The notes under the pieces: model-generated
The model's input: only the letters and a program-made list of their open reading frames with translations
What the model was told of the DNA's origin: nothing
Databases searched by the model: none
Made by a program: the position numbers and the translations under genes
Shown here: in pieces, positions 1 to 9,534 of the stretch
Position numbering within the stretch: position 1 is the stretch's first letter
How the letters are laid out: the number at the start of each line of letters is the position of its first letter
Source: Dehalococcoidia bacterium
GTDB lineage: Bacteria > Chloroflexota > Dehalococcoidia > Lucifugimonadales > VXLM01
Reading direction: 5' to 3'
DNA length: 64,000 nucleotides
Assembly: GCA_963662435.1 (NCBI GenBank)
Contig: OY759598.1
Location: forward strand, 3,070,507 to 3,134,506

Positions 1-1
1 C

Positions 2-1036
2 GAGTCGTTTGCCCAGTGGCGCATCGAGCACGAGAAGGTGGACACGCCGCTCGTGGAAGCCGCTGCGTCGTCGGGTGACATCCCTCCGGACGTTGAACCG
101 GACCCGGACCTCGATCCGACGGAGCCAATCCGTCGGAAGGCCCGCGAACTGGGGTTCAGCGAGGTCGGGTTCACCAGGTACGACCGACGGTACGCCTACG
201 CCAGCAAGAAGAAGTGGGTGAAGTTCCAGCATGCAATCTGCCTCGCCTACGAGCAGGAGTACCATGGTACTCAGAAGATTCCCAGCGAGGAGGCCGAGCA
301 CACCCACTTCGGAACGTATACGACCGAAGGGGAGGTCTCGCTGGAACTGGCGGACTACATCCGCTCATTGGGCTACCACGCGCAGGTGCACAGCCACAGC
401 GACTCCAGCGCGCCCTACATCCCCATGTTCATCAACGCGGGCCTGGGCCAGTTGGGCGCGAACGGCCAGCTCCTTATGCCGCACTTCGGTTCTCGTGGTC
501 GGCTGATGTTGATAACCACCGACGCGCCCGTGCGCTACGACGAGCCCGTCGACTACGGCATCAACCGCTTCTGCGACGAGTGCCAGGTGTGCGTGGCTCG
601 GTGTCCCAGCAATGCCCTCTCACGCAACAAGCTGTGGTGGCGCGTTGCCCTGAAGAACAAGGTGAGCTATGCGCGGTGCCGCCCTGTTATGGGTCGTTAC
701 GACGGGTGTTCGATCTGCATGAAGGTCTGCCCCGTTCAGAAGTACGGCATGAAGCCGGTCATGGACCACTACGTCGAGACGGGTGAGGTGCTCGGAAAGG
801 GTACCGACGAGCTGGAGGGGTACACGCTAAAGGACAAGGGCAAATTCGGTCCCGGCGAAAAGCCCCACTTTACACCCGAGTTCTTTCAGATACCCCGTGG
901 CCGGTACGAAAACTGGGTCTACGAGGGCTTCAAGGCCCGTCTTGAGGCGGGAGAAGAGATTACGAAGGAAGAGTTGGCGGAGTTTGCTGACTCGGTGCGC
1001 GAGGCGGTGGAGACAAAACGGGAGACCACGGGATAG
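2..1036 (+). CDS. Reductive dehalogenase-like / epoxyqueuosine reductase-superfamily Fe-S protein (5' partial)
   Basis: Frame is open from position 2. Contains AGLGQLGANGQLL-P-FGSRGRL-LITTDAP, FCDECQVCVARCP and CSICMKVCP, the cobalamin-binding region and two 4Fe-4S motifs of the RdhA/QueG superfamily. Confidence 0.75.
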   Translation, partial: ESFAQWRIEHEKVDTPLVEAAASSGDIPPDVEPDPDLDPTEPIRRKARELGFSEVGFTRYDRRYAYASKKKWVKFQHAICLAYEQEYHGTQKIPSEEAEHTHFGTYTTEGEVSLELADYIRSLGYHAQVHSHSDSSAPYIPMFINAGLGQLGANGQLLMPHFGSRGRLMLITTDAPVRYDEPVDYGINRFCDECQVCVARCPSNALSRNKLWWRVALKNKVSYARCRPVMGRYDGCSICMKVCPVQKYGMKPVMDHYVETGEVLGKGTDELEGYTLKDKGKFGPGEKPHFTPEFFQIPRGRYENWVYEGFKARLEAGEEITKEELAEFADSVREAVETKRETTG

Positions 1037-1139
1037 TCTTCGCTCGGACGACGAGACTGACCATAGTCCCGCCATGGGCAAGTTCTCCCAACACCGTTCG
1101 AGGCCGCGAAGCACGGTATTCTAACCTCAATTACTACGG

Positions 1140-1946
1140 TTGGTGAACTTGGTGAAGAGCAGAGTCCATAGTGTCCTGGAACGGACGGACGGACGTCTCA
1201 GCGCGTTCGACCTCTTTATCATCACGCTCATTTGCCTGAACGTGGTAGTCCTGATCGTGGAGACGGTCGAGGAAATCCACCAGGTCGCGCCATTTGCTTT
1301 CCAAGCCTTCGACACCATATCCGTAGCCATCTTTACTGTCGAGTATGTCTTGCGGATCTGGTCGTGTAACTCCGAGGAGAAATACGGGCATCCGCTGTGG
1401 GGACGACTGCGCTTTGCCGTCACCCCCGTCCTATTCATCGACCTGCTGGCTATACTGCCCTTCTATGTGGCGCTCATTGCTCCCGCAGGCTTGATCGACC
1501 TGCGAGTCTTGCGAATCCTGCGGGCGGTGCGCCTCTTCGCCCGAATCGCGCGACTGAGTCGCTACTCGTCCGGCTTGAGGACGTCGGCCGGGGTCCTGCA
1601 CGCCAAGCGCGCGGAGCTGATCACGGTGATCGTGTTCCTCTCGATTCTCCTTCTGATGGCCTCGTCGCTGATGTTCTTCGCCGAGCATGAGGCGCAGCCG
1701 GACAAGTTCGCCAACATACCCCAAGCAATGTGGTGGAGCATTATCACACTCACGACCGTCGGGTACGGCGATGTGACCCCCGTCACCGGGGCGGGACGGT
1801 TCTTCGCGGGAGTGATTGCCATTCTAGGAATAGGTCTGTTCGCGCTCCCTGCGGGAATCCTGGGGTCGGGGTTTATGGAGGAAATGAACAGGAGAAGGCA
1901 GGAGATCAGGCGGTGTCCCCACTGCAACATGGAGATCCACGAGTAG
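1140..1946 (+). CDS. Voltage-gated potassium channel (ion transporter)
   Basis: Six hydrophobic segments, Arg-rich S4 (LRVLRILRAVRLFAR), selectivity filter TTVGYGD, C-terminal CPHC. Confidence 0.93.
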   Translation: MVNLVKSRVHSVLERTDGRLSAFDLFIITLICLNVVVLIVETVEEIHQVAPFAFQAFDTISVAIFTVEYVLRIWSCNSEEKYGHPLWGRLRFAVTPVLFIDLLAILPFYVALIAPAGLIDLRVLRILRAVRLFARIARLSRYSSGLRTSAGVLHAKRAELITVIVFLSILLLMASSLMFFAEHEAQPDKFANIPQAMWWSIITLTTVGYGDVTPVTGAGRFFAGVIAILGIGLFALPAGILGSGFMEEMNRRRQEIRRCPHCNMEIHE

Positions 1947-2007
1947 TTCTCCGTAAAGACGCCGTGTAGCCCGGCAATGATCGGCCTTGCCCCCTTGGAT
2001 TGTCTAA

Positions 2008-2151
2008 GAGGGTGTTTCCGAAGTCCGTGAAACCCGTTCGTGGTGAGCTTGTCGAACCATGAACAGCGCCTCGACCCTTCGACAAGCTCAGTGCCTGCCC
2101 CGTACTTGATACTCGGGCGAGCGGGCAATAGTCCCCTTTGGAAACTCTCAC
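2008..2151. mobile_element. MITE-like element carrying paired REP-like repeats
   Basis: Imperfect 16-bp terminal inverted repeats GAGGGTGTTTCCGAAG / CTTTGGAAACTCTCAC, flanked on both sides by TAA (2005-2007, 2152-2154). Internal TGAGCTTGTCGAA / TTCGACAAGCTCA inverted pair. Confidence 0.55.
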
Positions 2152-2186
2152 TAACCTACACCTCGAAGCCAATGGAAGGAACTGTC

Positions 2187-2579
2187 ATGCGAAGGCTGCT
2201 CAGCGGTACGCCCTCTAACGTACACGCCGTCGGCATGGCCTTCACTACTGCGTTCTTCGTCCTCGCGGTTTCGTCAGTGGGCCTGTATGTCACCTTTACG
2301 GGCGATACTGTGAACGTTCCGGCTGGACTTTACGGCTTTAGCGCAAACCGCATTCATGACGGCCCTAGCTACTTTATCTTGGGCAAGGAGGGCAGCTTTG
2401 CGACCATCTATCACACGGGAGACGGCTGGGCGACGTCCGAGGCGGTGATCGGACCAGGCTTTCTCCTGAACCCTCATCACTACGAACCTGCCACCATTTC
2501 CATAGAGTACCCACTGCTCCCCGTGATGGTTGACATCTACAAACGCATCACGCCACCTTCGTCGTCAACTCCCCATTAG
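2187..2579 (+). CDS. Hypothetical protein with one N-terminal TM/signal segment
   Basis: ATG at 2187 after a GGAAGGA purine tract; hydrophobic stretch AFTTAFFVLAVSSVGLYV; no recognised motif. Confidence 0.45.
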   Translation: MRRLLSGTPSNVHAVGMAFTTAFFVLAVSSVGLYVTFTGDTVNVPAGLYGFSANRIHDGPSYFILGKEGSFATIYHTGDGWATSEAVIGPGFLLNPHHYEPATISIEYPLLPVMVDIYKRITPPSSSTPH

Positions 2580-2664
2580 GCCTATGGGGCTGAGTCGGCT
2601 GTAGTTCTCCCCTGACGCATGGAGTTTTGAGATGATTTCTTTGCGCGCACCCGCAGGTCCGTAC

Positions 2665-3897
2665 CTACTCCACGAACCACTCTTCGTTGCCTGCCCGCTC
2701 GTAGGCCTTCGCCCACTCCTCTGAGCCATCGTCGAACCAGCGCTCGTAGGTGTAGTTGCGGACGGTGCCCTCCTCCTGTCCCATGATCTTGGGCAGGTGG
2801 GGCTGGCCGAGGGAGTAGATGGTGCGGCCGCTGCCGAACCGGACGACTCCGACGTAGGGAGCGATCTCGTTGGGCACGGTGTCACGATACTTGTAGAGAA
2901 GGTCTTCATCGACCTCAAAGCCGAGCCCCGGCTCCTCCGACACACGCGAAAACCCCTCGGCTACCGGGAACCGCTTATGGGTGATGTCGTCCTCGGCGTC
3001 GAGCTGGTCGTCGAGGTGGATCGAGTGGCCCGTTGCCGTGGGCATGGTGCAGGCCACGTGCATCGCCATGGACTTGGCCAGAGTCCCTCCGCACATCTGG
3101 AAGATGGTCTGGAGGTTGAGCTTGCTGTACGTGGTCGCCGTGGCGATCAGAGTTCCGATGGGCGGGTACATCATGTACGCGTCCGCCATACCCAGCTGCG
3201 CCTCGTGGCCTCCGCCAAGCTTCCATGACCCACCATGCACGACGAGAAGCTGCGTTCGCCGCCGGAGCTCGCGCCAGCTCTCGATGTCGGCGGTGTCGAA
3301 CGGGTCCTCGATCCAGTGGACGATGGGGTGATCGCGTTCGAGCCGGGCGACGATGGGCAGGATGCCTCCGAGGGTCCGGCCACGTCGTCCGGTGAAGTCA
3401 TAGTGGACCCTGAAGCCGGGCGGCGTGACCTCCTCGATGATCTTGGTCCAGTTGAAGATGTCCGCCAGCGGGCTGGTATGTATCTTGAAGATGGTGTAGC
3501 CGTCATTCACCGCGCGGGTGACATCGTCTGCCAGCTCTTGGTCAGTCGGGCCGCCCCAGCACCATGCCGCGGTCGAGACGCTGTCACGTACCTTCTGTCC
3601 GATGAGCTTGTACGCGGGCACTTCGAGGTACTTGCCCATGATGTCGTACATCGCCATGACGACAGAGGGGTACACGTCGGAGCCGATGTAGTCGAACGGG
3701 TCGGTGTCAATGAGAGGCTCGAACGCCTCGATGGGCGGAGGGGCCGCGCCGTCGAAGTCGCCGTATCCGACAATTCCTACATCGGTTGTCACCTTGGCGG
3801 CGATGCGATGCTCGTGCCCGTTGCGGGCAGGGTTGTCACGGTACCGCTTGGCCAGGGGCGGGCGAATGGTGAATACCTCGATGTCAGTGATTTTCAT
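2665..3897 (-). CDS. Mandelate racemase / muconate lactonising enzyme (enolase superfamily)
   Basis: Likely start MKITDIEVF at 3897 after GGAG. Motifs MAMYDIMGK-L-VPAYKLIG, FKIH, YDF, WIEDP, PGLGFEVD. Confidence 0.88.
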   Translation of the reverse strand: MKITDIEVFTIRPPLAKRYRDNPARNGHEHRIAAKVTTDVGIVGYGDFDGAAPPPIEAFEPLIDTDPFDYIGSDVYPSVVMAMYDIMGKYLEVPAYKLIGQKVRDSVSTAAWCWGGPTDQELADDVTRAVNDGYTIFKIHTSPLADIFNWTKIIEEVTPPGFRVHYDFTGRRGRTLGGILPIVARLERDHPIVHWIEDPFDTADIESWRELRRRTQLLVVHGGSWKLGGGHEAQLGMADAYMMYPPIGTLIATATTYSKLNLQTIFQMCGGTLAKSMAMHVACTMPTATGHSIHLDDQLDAEDDITHKRFPVAEGFSRVSEEPGLGFEVDEDLLYKYRDTVPNEIAPYVGVVRFGSGRTIYSLGQPHLPKIMGQEEGTVRNYTYERWFDDGSEEWAKAYERAGNEEWFVE

Positions 3898-3962
3898 GGC
3901 GGGGCTCCTTTGGGCTCGTGACGGCGTGGCGAGCGGCGGGTCCTTGATCGACCGATGCTCTC

Positions 3963-5087
3963 CTAGTAGTTCGTAGCGCGGCCGATTTGCCGGTTGTACT
4001 CTTCCTCGCCGAAGAGTCCTTTCTTGTTCACCCATCGCCATATCTGAGGCTTGAGTGTCAGGCTTCGGTCTTCGAGTGGCAGTTTGACCGCCGCATGGCC
4101 CTGGCGGGCGGACTCCCTCATGGCAACGGTCGCCTCGAAGGACTTGTGGTGGACATGCCCGGGCGCCTTCGGCTCGATGCCGAGGGTGATGGCGTCGACG
4201 ATGGACTGCATGCCGTTCATGAGGCGGTCGCCGGGGTAGAGCCATCCTTCCTCGTCGTACCCGCCTTCGGCGTGAGGACGAAACTGCTTGAAGGTCTTCG
4301 AGTCGTCGTAACGCAGGCCGGAGAGGAGGTCCGCGTCGGAGGCTTCTTTCTTGTGGTAAAAGTGGTGGTGGCGTTTGTCGGTCACGTAGACGCCCTCGGT
4401 GCCGGTGACTATCAGTCCCCTCATGGCGCCGGTCCTGGCGTGAATGAAGCATTCTATGCCGTTGGCGTACCGGATGTAGCCGCCGATGCCGAGGTACTCG
4501 TCGTCGCTTTCTCCAAAGGGGTCGCCGTTGGTCCATCCCGTCACCCACTCGATGTCGGCGTCCTGTGCAAACATGTGGGCGACGCTGAGTCCTTGGCAAC
4601 CGCCCTGCATGATCGACTCGTAGAGGTTGATGTTCAGGACCTCGCCGATCTCGCCCGCCTCGATCATGGCGCGGGCCTCCCATAGCTGGGAAATGCTCCG
4701 GTCGACATTGCCGCCCTGCCAGGGTATGCCGTTCGCCTCACACGCGGCGACCATGCGGTCGGCGTCGGCGAGGCTCGCGGCGATGGGCTTCTCGGAGACG
4801 ATGCCCTTCGCGCCGGACGTTTCCGCAGCAAGCACGACCATGTCCGGGTTGTACTGGACGGGAAGGACGCAGTCGACGATGTCGAGCCGCTCGTTGGCGT
4901 ACATCTCTTCAGCGGTGCTGTACCCGCGCGCCGAGAAGCGCCGCAACGCGAGTTCAAGGTTGTCCGGGTCGGGATCGGCGATCGCAACGACCTGCGTGTC
5001 GGGCAGCAGATTGAAGCCGCGCGCGTGCTGCGTCCCTTGGCGTCCGCATCCGACGATTCCGACCTTATATTTGGCTGTAGGTGTCAT
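3963..5087 (-). CDS. Gfo/Idh/MocA family NAD(P)-dependent oxidoreductase
   Basis: N-terminal VGIVGCGRQG Rossmann motif and SEKPIA motif. Confidence 0.9.
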   Translation of the reverse strand: MTPTAKYKVGIVGCGRQGTQHARGFNLLPDTQVVAIADPDPDNLELALRRFSARGYSTAEEMYANERLDIVDCVLPVQYNPDMVVLAAETSGAKGIVSEKPIAASLADADRMVAACEANGIPWQGGNVDRSISQLWEARAMIEAGEIGEVLNINLYESIMQGGCQGLSVAHMFAQDADIEWVTGWTNGDPFGESDDEYLGIGGYIRYANGIECFIHARTGAMRGLIVTGTEGVYVTDKRHHHFYHKKEASDADLLSGLRYDDSKTFKQFRPHAEGGYDEEGWLYPGDRLMNGMQSIVDAITLGIEPKAPGHVHHKSFEATVAMRESARQGHAAVKLPLEDRSLTLKPQIWRWVNKKGLFGEEEYNRQIGRATNY

Positions 5088-5203
5088 CTTGAGGGGCCTC
5101 CATAATTGGAATTCGGCGAGGATGCCCCATCATAGCGCATTCGTCAGGAGATGGCAGGAGGAACCCTCCGGAGACCGCCGAGAGTACCTTCGATGTTCAA
5201 TAG

Positions 5204-5263
5204 GGCAACCCAGTCCGTTCGTGGCAACCCAGTCCGTTCGTGGTGAGCTTGTCGAACCATGAA
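5204..5263 (+). repeat. REP-like repeat with a 19-bp tandem duplication of its 5' part
   Basis: GGCAACCCAGTCCGTTCGT at 5204 and 5223, followed by GGTGAGCTTGTCGAACCATGAAC. Confidence 0.7.
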
Positions 5264-5343
5264 CTGCGTTGCCACCACCCCACAGACTCAGAGCCTCCCT
5301 CGTTCTTGAGACGAGGGCGAACAGGCGACCATTTCGACTCCCC

Positions 5344-6000
5344 CTAGACCCTTTCCTTGCCCGTCGGGCAGACCTCCAGCAGACAGCATTCGACGCAGTC
5401 CGGCTCCTTCTTACAGACGTTCGCACTGTGGGTAACTATGAGGGCGTGGTACTCGTTGAAGAGCGATACGTCCGACGGCAGGCTCTCGGCGAACATTCGC
5501 TGGTAGAGAGCGTACGGCCCCTTCTCGGGGGCGAGACCGAGCCGGAAGAAGAGTCTCCTCGTGTAGTGATCGACGACGAAGACCGGCATGTCGAGGGCAT
5601 AGAGGAGAATGTCGTCGGCCGTCTCATCGCCAATGCCGTGGATGCTCAATAGCTCCTCGCGCAGGGAGACCGGGTCGGCCGTCATGAGGGCTTCAATGTC
5701 GTCGTCACGCTCGCCAAGCCACTCGACCAGCGCTTTGAGCTTCCGCGCCTTCATATTGTAGTAGCCCGACGAGTAGATTAGCCGCGCGACCTCGGCTTGT
5801 TCTGCATTTCGCAGCGCCTCAGCCGACAGCATTCCCGCTTCAGAAAGAGCGCGAATGCCCTTCTCGGCGTTGCTCCACGCAGTGTTCTGCACGAGGACGG
5901 CGCCAACCATGACCTCGAACCTGGAGTCCGCAGGCCACCAGTCGCGGGGGCCGTAACGCTTCGTGAGGCGTTCGTAGATATCCGTCAGGCGTTCGCGCAT
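5344..6000 (-). CDS. HhH-GPD base-excision glycosylase, endonuclease III-related
   Basis: VGAVLVQNTAW, HhH motif LLSIHGIGDETAD, VVDHY and the C-terminal Fe-S motif CKKEPDCVECCLLEVC. Confidence 0.9.
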   Translation of the reverse strand: MRERLTDIYERLTKRYGPRDWWPADSRFEVMVGAVLVQNTAWSNAEKGIRALSEAGMLSAEALRNAEQAEVARLIYSSGYYNMKARKLKALVEWLGERDDDIEALMTADPVSLREELLSIHGIGDETADDILLYALDMPVFVVDHYTRRLFFRLGLAPEKGPYALYQRMFAESLPSDVSLFNEYHALIVTHSANVCKKEPDCVECCLLEVCPTGKERV

Positions 6001-6208
6001 GGGGAGTGGTTGGGGTCAGTCGGTTTCACCGAACTTGGGTACACAGGCTCTCCGTATAGTTCGTGATCGAACAACCGGCATATGGGGGATAGCATCTTTT
6101 GGCTTGAGGCTGTGTTGGTAATCATATATGATTTACCTTGCCAATCGGTTCTTTTATGCCGTGCCTTTCACGTTGCGCTCGACCGTACGCTAAGGCAGAA
6201 AGACAGAT

Positions 6209-6559
6209 ATGCAGACTCAGGAGCATACACAGACTGCACGAGACTTTCTCGAAGACGCAGACCATCAGTTTAGCTCCGGGCACGTTCTGCAGGGCTCTGA
6301 GAAACTGTGGGGCGCTGCAGCCCATGCGGTCATGACGGTAGCCCAAGACCGGGGCTGGGATCATGGGAATCATAATGCGTTGAAGATCGCGGTCGGCAAG
6401 CTGATTGTCGATCACGAAGCCCCGGAGCTGCGCGGCGGGTTTGCGGCGGCGCAACAGTTCCACGCCAACTTCTACCACGGCTTTATGGAGGACGATGACG
6501 TTACGTTCGCTCGTCCGCTGGTACACGACTTCGTCGAACGGGTGTTGAGTTACGCCTGA
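6209..6559 (+). CDS. PaREP1/HEPN-like small helical protein
   Basis: Motifs QGSEKLWGAAAHA and HANFYH are typical of PaREP1-like proteins. Confidence 0.7.
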   Translation: MQTQEHTQTARDFLEDADHQFSSGHVLQGSEKLWGAAAHAVMTVAQDRGWDHGNHNALKIAVGKLIVDHEAPELRGGFAAAQQFHANFYHGFMEDDDVTFARPLVHDFVERVLSYA

Positions 6560-6593
6560 GCCGCAAGAGCGCGAGCGGTTGAATAACAATCCC

Positions 6594-7433
6594 ATGCGGA
6601 CCTTCTGCGAGCGTCTTCTTTTGGCCTCCGAGACAAACCGGAGCCTCCTCTGCGTCGGACTCGATCCCGACCCGGCCAGGATCCCTGTCGATGACGTAGT
6701 GGCCTTCAACTCGGCCATCGTGGACGCAACACGCGACCTCGTTTGCGCCTACAAGCCCAACATCGCCTTCTATGAGTCGCGCGGCAGTGAGGGCATCGGG
6801 GAACTTGAGCGCACGATCGCGCATATCCGTGACGTTGCGCCGTCGGTTATCGTCCTGCTCGACGGCAAGCGAGGGGACATCGGCTCGACCAACGCAGCTT
6901 ACGCCAGGGCGCTATTCGAGACGTGGGGAGCGGACGCGGCGACCATCAACGCTTACGCTGGCGGTGAAGACCTGGGGCCATTCCTCCAGTACGAAGACAA
7001 GGCCGTATTTGTATGGTGCCGGTCGTCGAACGAGGGAGCCTCCGAGCTGCAAGACCTGCCGGTCCAGTTGGACGGCGACACCATGCCCTACTACCAGGCG
7101 GTAGCACGTCGTGCGTCCGGTTGGGACGCTAGAGGCACTGTCGGGCTCGTCGTTGGTGCGACGTACCCCATGGAGCTTGAAGCTGTCCGTTGCATCGCCC
7201 CCGACGCCCCCATACTTCTGCCCGGCGTCGGCGCTCAGGAGGGAATGTTGCAAGCCTCGGTGAAGGCGGGTGTCGACCACACTGGGCGCAATCTGCTGGT
7301 CAGCAGCTCCAGGGCTGTGCTGTACGCATCTGCCGACCCACAGCACTTTGCCGGTGCCGCCCGGAACGCCGCAGAGTCCCTGCGCGACGGGATCAACGCC
7401 GTCCTCGATAGCGAGGGGTACTCGTGGTCGTAG
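6594..7433 (+). CDS. pyrF: Orotidine-5'-phosphate decarboxylase
   Basis: LCVGLDP, YKPNIAFYE, catalytic DGKRGDIGST, LLPGVGAQ, SSSR. Confidence 0.96.
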   Translation: MRTFCERLLLASETNRSLLCVGLDPDPARIPVDDVVAFNSAIVDATRDLVCAYKPNIAFYESRGSEGIGELERTIAHIRDVAPSVIVLLDGKRGDIGSTNAAYARALFETWGADAATINAYAGGEDLGPFLQYEDKAVFVWCRSSNEGASELQDLPVQLDGDTMPYYQAVARRASGWDARGTVGLVVGATYPMELEAVRCIAPDAPILLPGVGAQEGMLQASVKAGVDHTGRNLLVSSSRAVLYASADPQHFAGAARNAAESLRDGINAVLDSEGYSWS

Positions 7434-7621
7434 ATTTCAGGGTCGGAGAGCGTCTGACGCTCCGAAAGAAGCACCCGTGCGGCGGATTCGAATGGGATGT
7501 GACCCGAATCGGGGCCGACATCGGAATCCGGTGCGTCACGTGCTCGCGGGACCTGATGATGGCGCGCTCCACTTTGGAGAAGCGCATGAAGGCCCGGCTG
7601 TCGGGTGAGAGGGCGACGTAG
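7424..7621 (+). CDS. DUF951 family protein
   Basis: LRKKHPCGGFEW-V-RIGADIGIRC-TC signature; overlaps the pyrF stop. Confidence 0.88.
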   Translation: MVVDFRVGERLTLRKKHPCGGFEWDVTRIGADIGIRCVTCSRDLMMARSTLEKRMKARLSGERAT

Positions 7622-7630
7622 GAGATCCGT

Positions 7631-8398
7631 ATGCGACTCAAGGGCAAGACTGCCCTCATCGCGGGCGGCGCTTCAGGCATCGCGGGCCAACTCATGGGCA
7701 TCGGGGGCGCTGCAGTGCGACGATTCGCGCGTGAGGGCGCACAGATCGTCATCGCGGACATCAAGGACGACATCGGTGAGCAGACGGCTGAAGAGATACG
7801 CGCGGAGGGCGGACAGGCGCACTACGTCCACCTCGACGTTACGCTCGAAAACGAGTGGATCGCAGCGGTGGCGACGGCTGTAGACCGCTTCGGCAAGCTC
7901 GATGTGCTGGTGGACGCCGCGGGCACCTCAATACGCTACAAGGTCGAAGAGACGCCCGTCGAGACTTTCGACCTGGAGATGGCCGTCCATGCAAGGGGAG
8001 CGTTCCTCGGTGCAAAGCACGCGATTCCGCGTATGCGCGACGCAGGGGGCGGCTCAATCGTCATCGTATCGTCGATGTACGGCATCGTGGGCGCGGCTTC
8101 CACTTCGTACCCAACGGCCAAGGGTGCCATGCGCAACTTCACGAAAGCGGCCGCCATCCAGTACGCAGCGGAGGGCATTCGGGTGAACTCTGTACACCCC
8201 GGCTTCGTGATGACACCGCTGACCAAGGACATATTCAACGTGCCGGAGATCATCGGCCCCCGCCTTGCGATGGTGCCCATGCGCCGGCTCGGCACCGTAG
8301 ACGAGATCGCCAACGGCATCCTGTTCCTCGCATCGGACGAGTCGTCCTTCATCACCGGAGCGGAGCTGGTGATCGACGGGGGGTATCTATCGGAGTGA
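7631..8398 (+). CDS. Short-chain dehydrogenase/reductase (SDR)
   Basis: N-terminal Rossmann glycine motif, YPTAK catalytic motif, IRVNSVHPG, FITGAELVIDGG. Confidence 0.93.
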   Translation: MRLKGKTALIAGGASGIAGQLMGIGGAAVRRFAREGAQIVIADIKDDIGEQTAEEIRAEGGQAHYVHLDVTLENEWIAAVATAVDRFGKLDVLVDAAGTSIRYKVEETPVETFDLEMAVHARGAFLGAKHAIPRMRDAGGGSIVIVSSMYGIVGAASTSYPTAKGAMRNFTKAAAIQYAAEGIRVNSVHPGFVMTPLTKDIFNVPEIIGPRLAMVPMRRLGTVDEIANGILFLASDESSFITGAELVIDGGYLSE

Positions 8399-8426
8399 GG
8401 GCCGTCATTAGCGTGGAGATGCGGAC

Positions 8427-9500
8427 GTGAGCGACTCCAAGAAGGGACAATCCGAATACGTCCAGACTGTGCTCGGTCCGGTCGAGCCGGAATCGCTGGG
8501 CGTTACTCACACGCACGAGCACATCCTCTCAGACCTGTCGCACATCGCCGTCGAGCCGGAGGACCCCTTCGAACGCGAGATATTCCATGCACCCATGCGG
8601 ATGGACATTCTCGGCTACCTCAGATACTACTTTGCCGCCAATCTCGACAACCTGCGACTGGACGATATCGATATGGCCATCGCGGAAGTCGACCTGTACA
8701 GGCGCCACGGCGGCAGAGCAATCGTCGAGGCGTCGAGCATCGGGCTCAGCCGGAACCCCGAGGGCCTCGCACGGATATCAAGGGCCACCGGCGTCCACAT
8801 CATCATGGGCTCGTCGTACTACGTCAAGGAAGCGCACCCGCCCAACATGGACGATATTTCAGAGGACGAAATCTTCGAGGAGATCGTCCGGGACATAACC
8901 GTCGGCGTCGGCTCAACAGGCATCAAGTCGGGAATCATCGGCGAGGTCGGTTGCTCCTACCCGCTGTCGGACAACGAGCGCAGGGTGCTCGTGGCCTCTG
9001 CGAGGGCGCAGAGGGCGACAGGAGCGGCGATTCTGATTCATCCGGGGCGCGACGAACCCTCGCCGGAAGAGATCATCGAGGTCATCGCAAGTGCCGGCGG
9101 CGATCCGGGTCGCACCATCATCGGGCATCTCGACAGAACGGTCATGGACCGGCAAGTCCTTCTCCGCATCGCAGAGTCCGGCTGTTACCTCGAATGGGAC
9201 CACTTCAGCTCCGGTCTGCCGTTTTATCCGCCGAACCCAAAGATCACCATGCTGAGCGACGCCGACCGCGCGGAGGTGATTGCCTTCATGATCGAGCACG
9301 GCTACGGTGACAGGATACTCACGGGCCACGACGTAGCGTCGAAGCAAAGGCTCATCGCGTACGGCGGGCAGGGCTATTTCTACATCATCAGGCGCGTGGT
9401 GCCTTGGCTGAAGACACGCGGGTTCTCAGACGAGGACATCGACCGGCTGCTCATCCACAACCCGGCAAGGATACTGACCTTGGCGGAGCCGGCCGGGTAG
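8427..9500 (+). CDS. Phosphotriesterase-related amidohydrolase
   Basis: Metal-ligand motifs LGVTHTHEH, GIIGEVG, IHPG, IGHLD, GHD; C-terminal NPARIL. Confidence 0.92.
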   Translation: MSDSKKGQSEYVQTVLGPVEPESLGVTHTHEHILSDLSHIAVEPEDPFEREIFHAPMRMDILGYLRYYFAANLDNLRLDDIDMAIAEVDLYRRHGGRAIVEASSIGLSRNPEGLARISRATGVHIIMGSSYYVKEAHPPNMDDISEDEIFEEIVRDITVGVGSTGIKSGIIGEVGCSYPLSDNERRVLVASARAQRATGAAILIHPGRDEPSPEEIIEVIASAGGDPGRTIIGHLDRTVMDRQVLLRIAESGCYLEWDHFSSGLPFYPPNPKITMLSDADRAEVIAFMIEHGYGDRILTGHDVASKQRLIAYGGQGYFYIIRRVVPWLKTRGFSDEDIDRLLIHNPARILTLAEPAG

Positions 9501-9534
9501 GCCGGTATTCTTCGTGAAGGGGACGTACGTCCCG

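Noticed and set aside
3898..4683. 672-aa version of the enolase ORF
   Set aside because: The extension overlaps the Gfo/Idh/MocA gene in another frame and is Arg-rich nonsense; the likely start is 3897.
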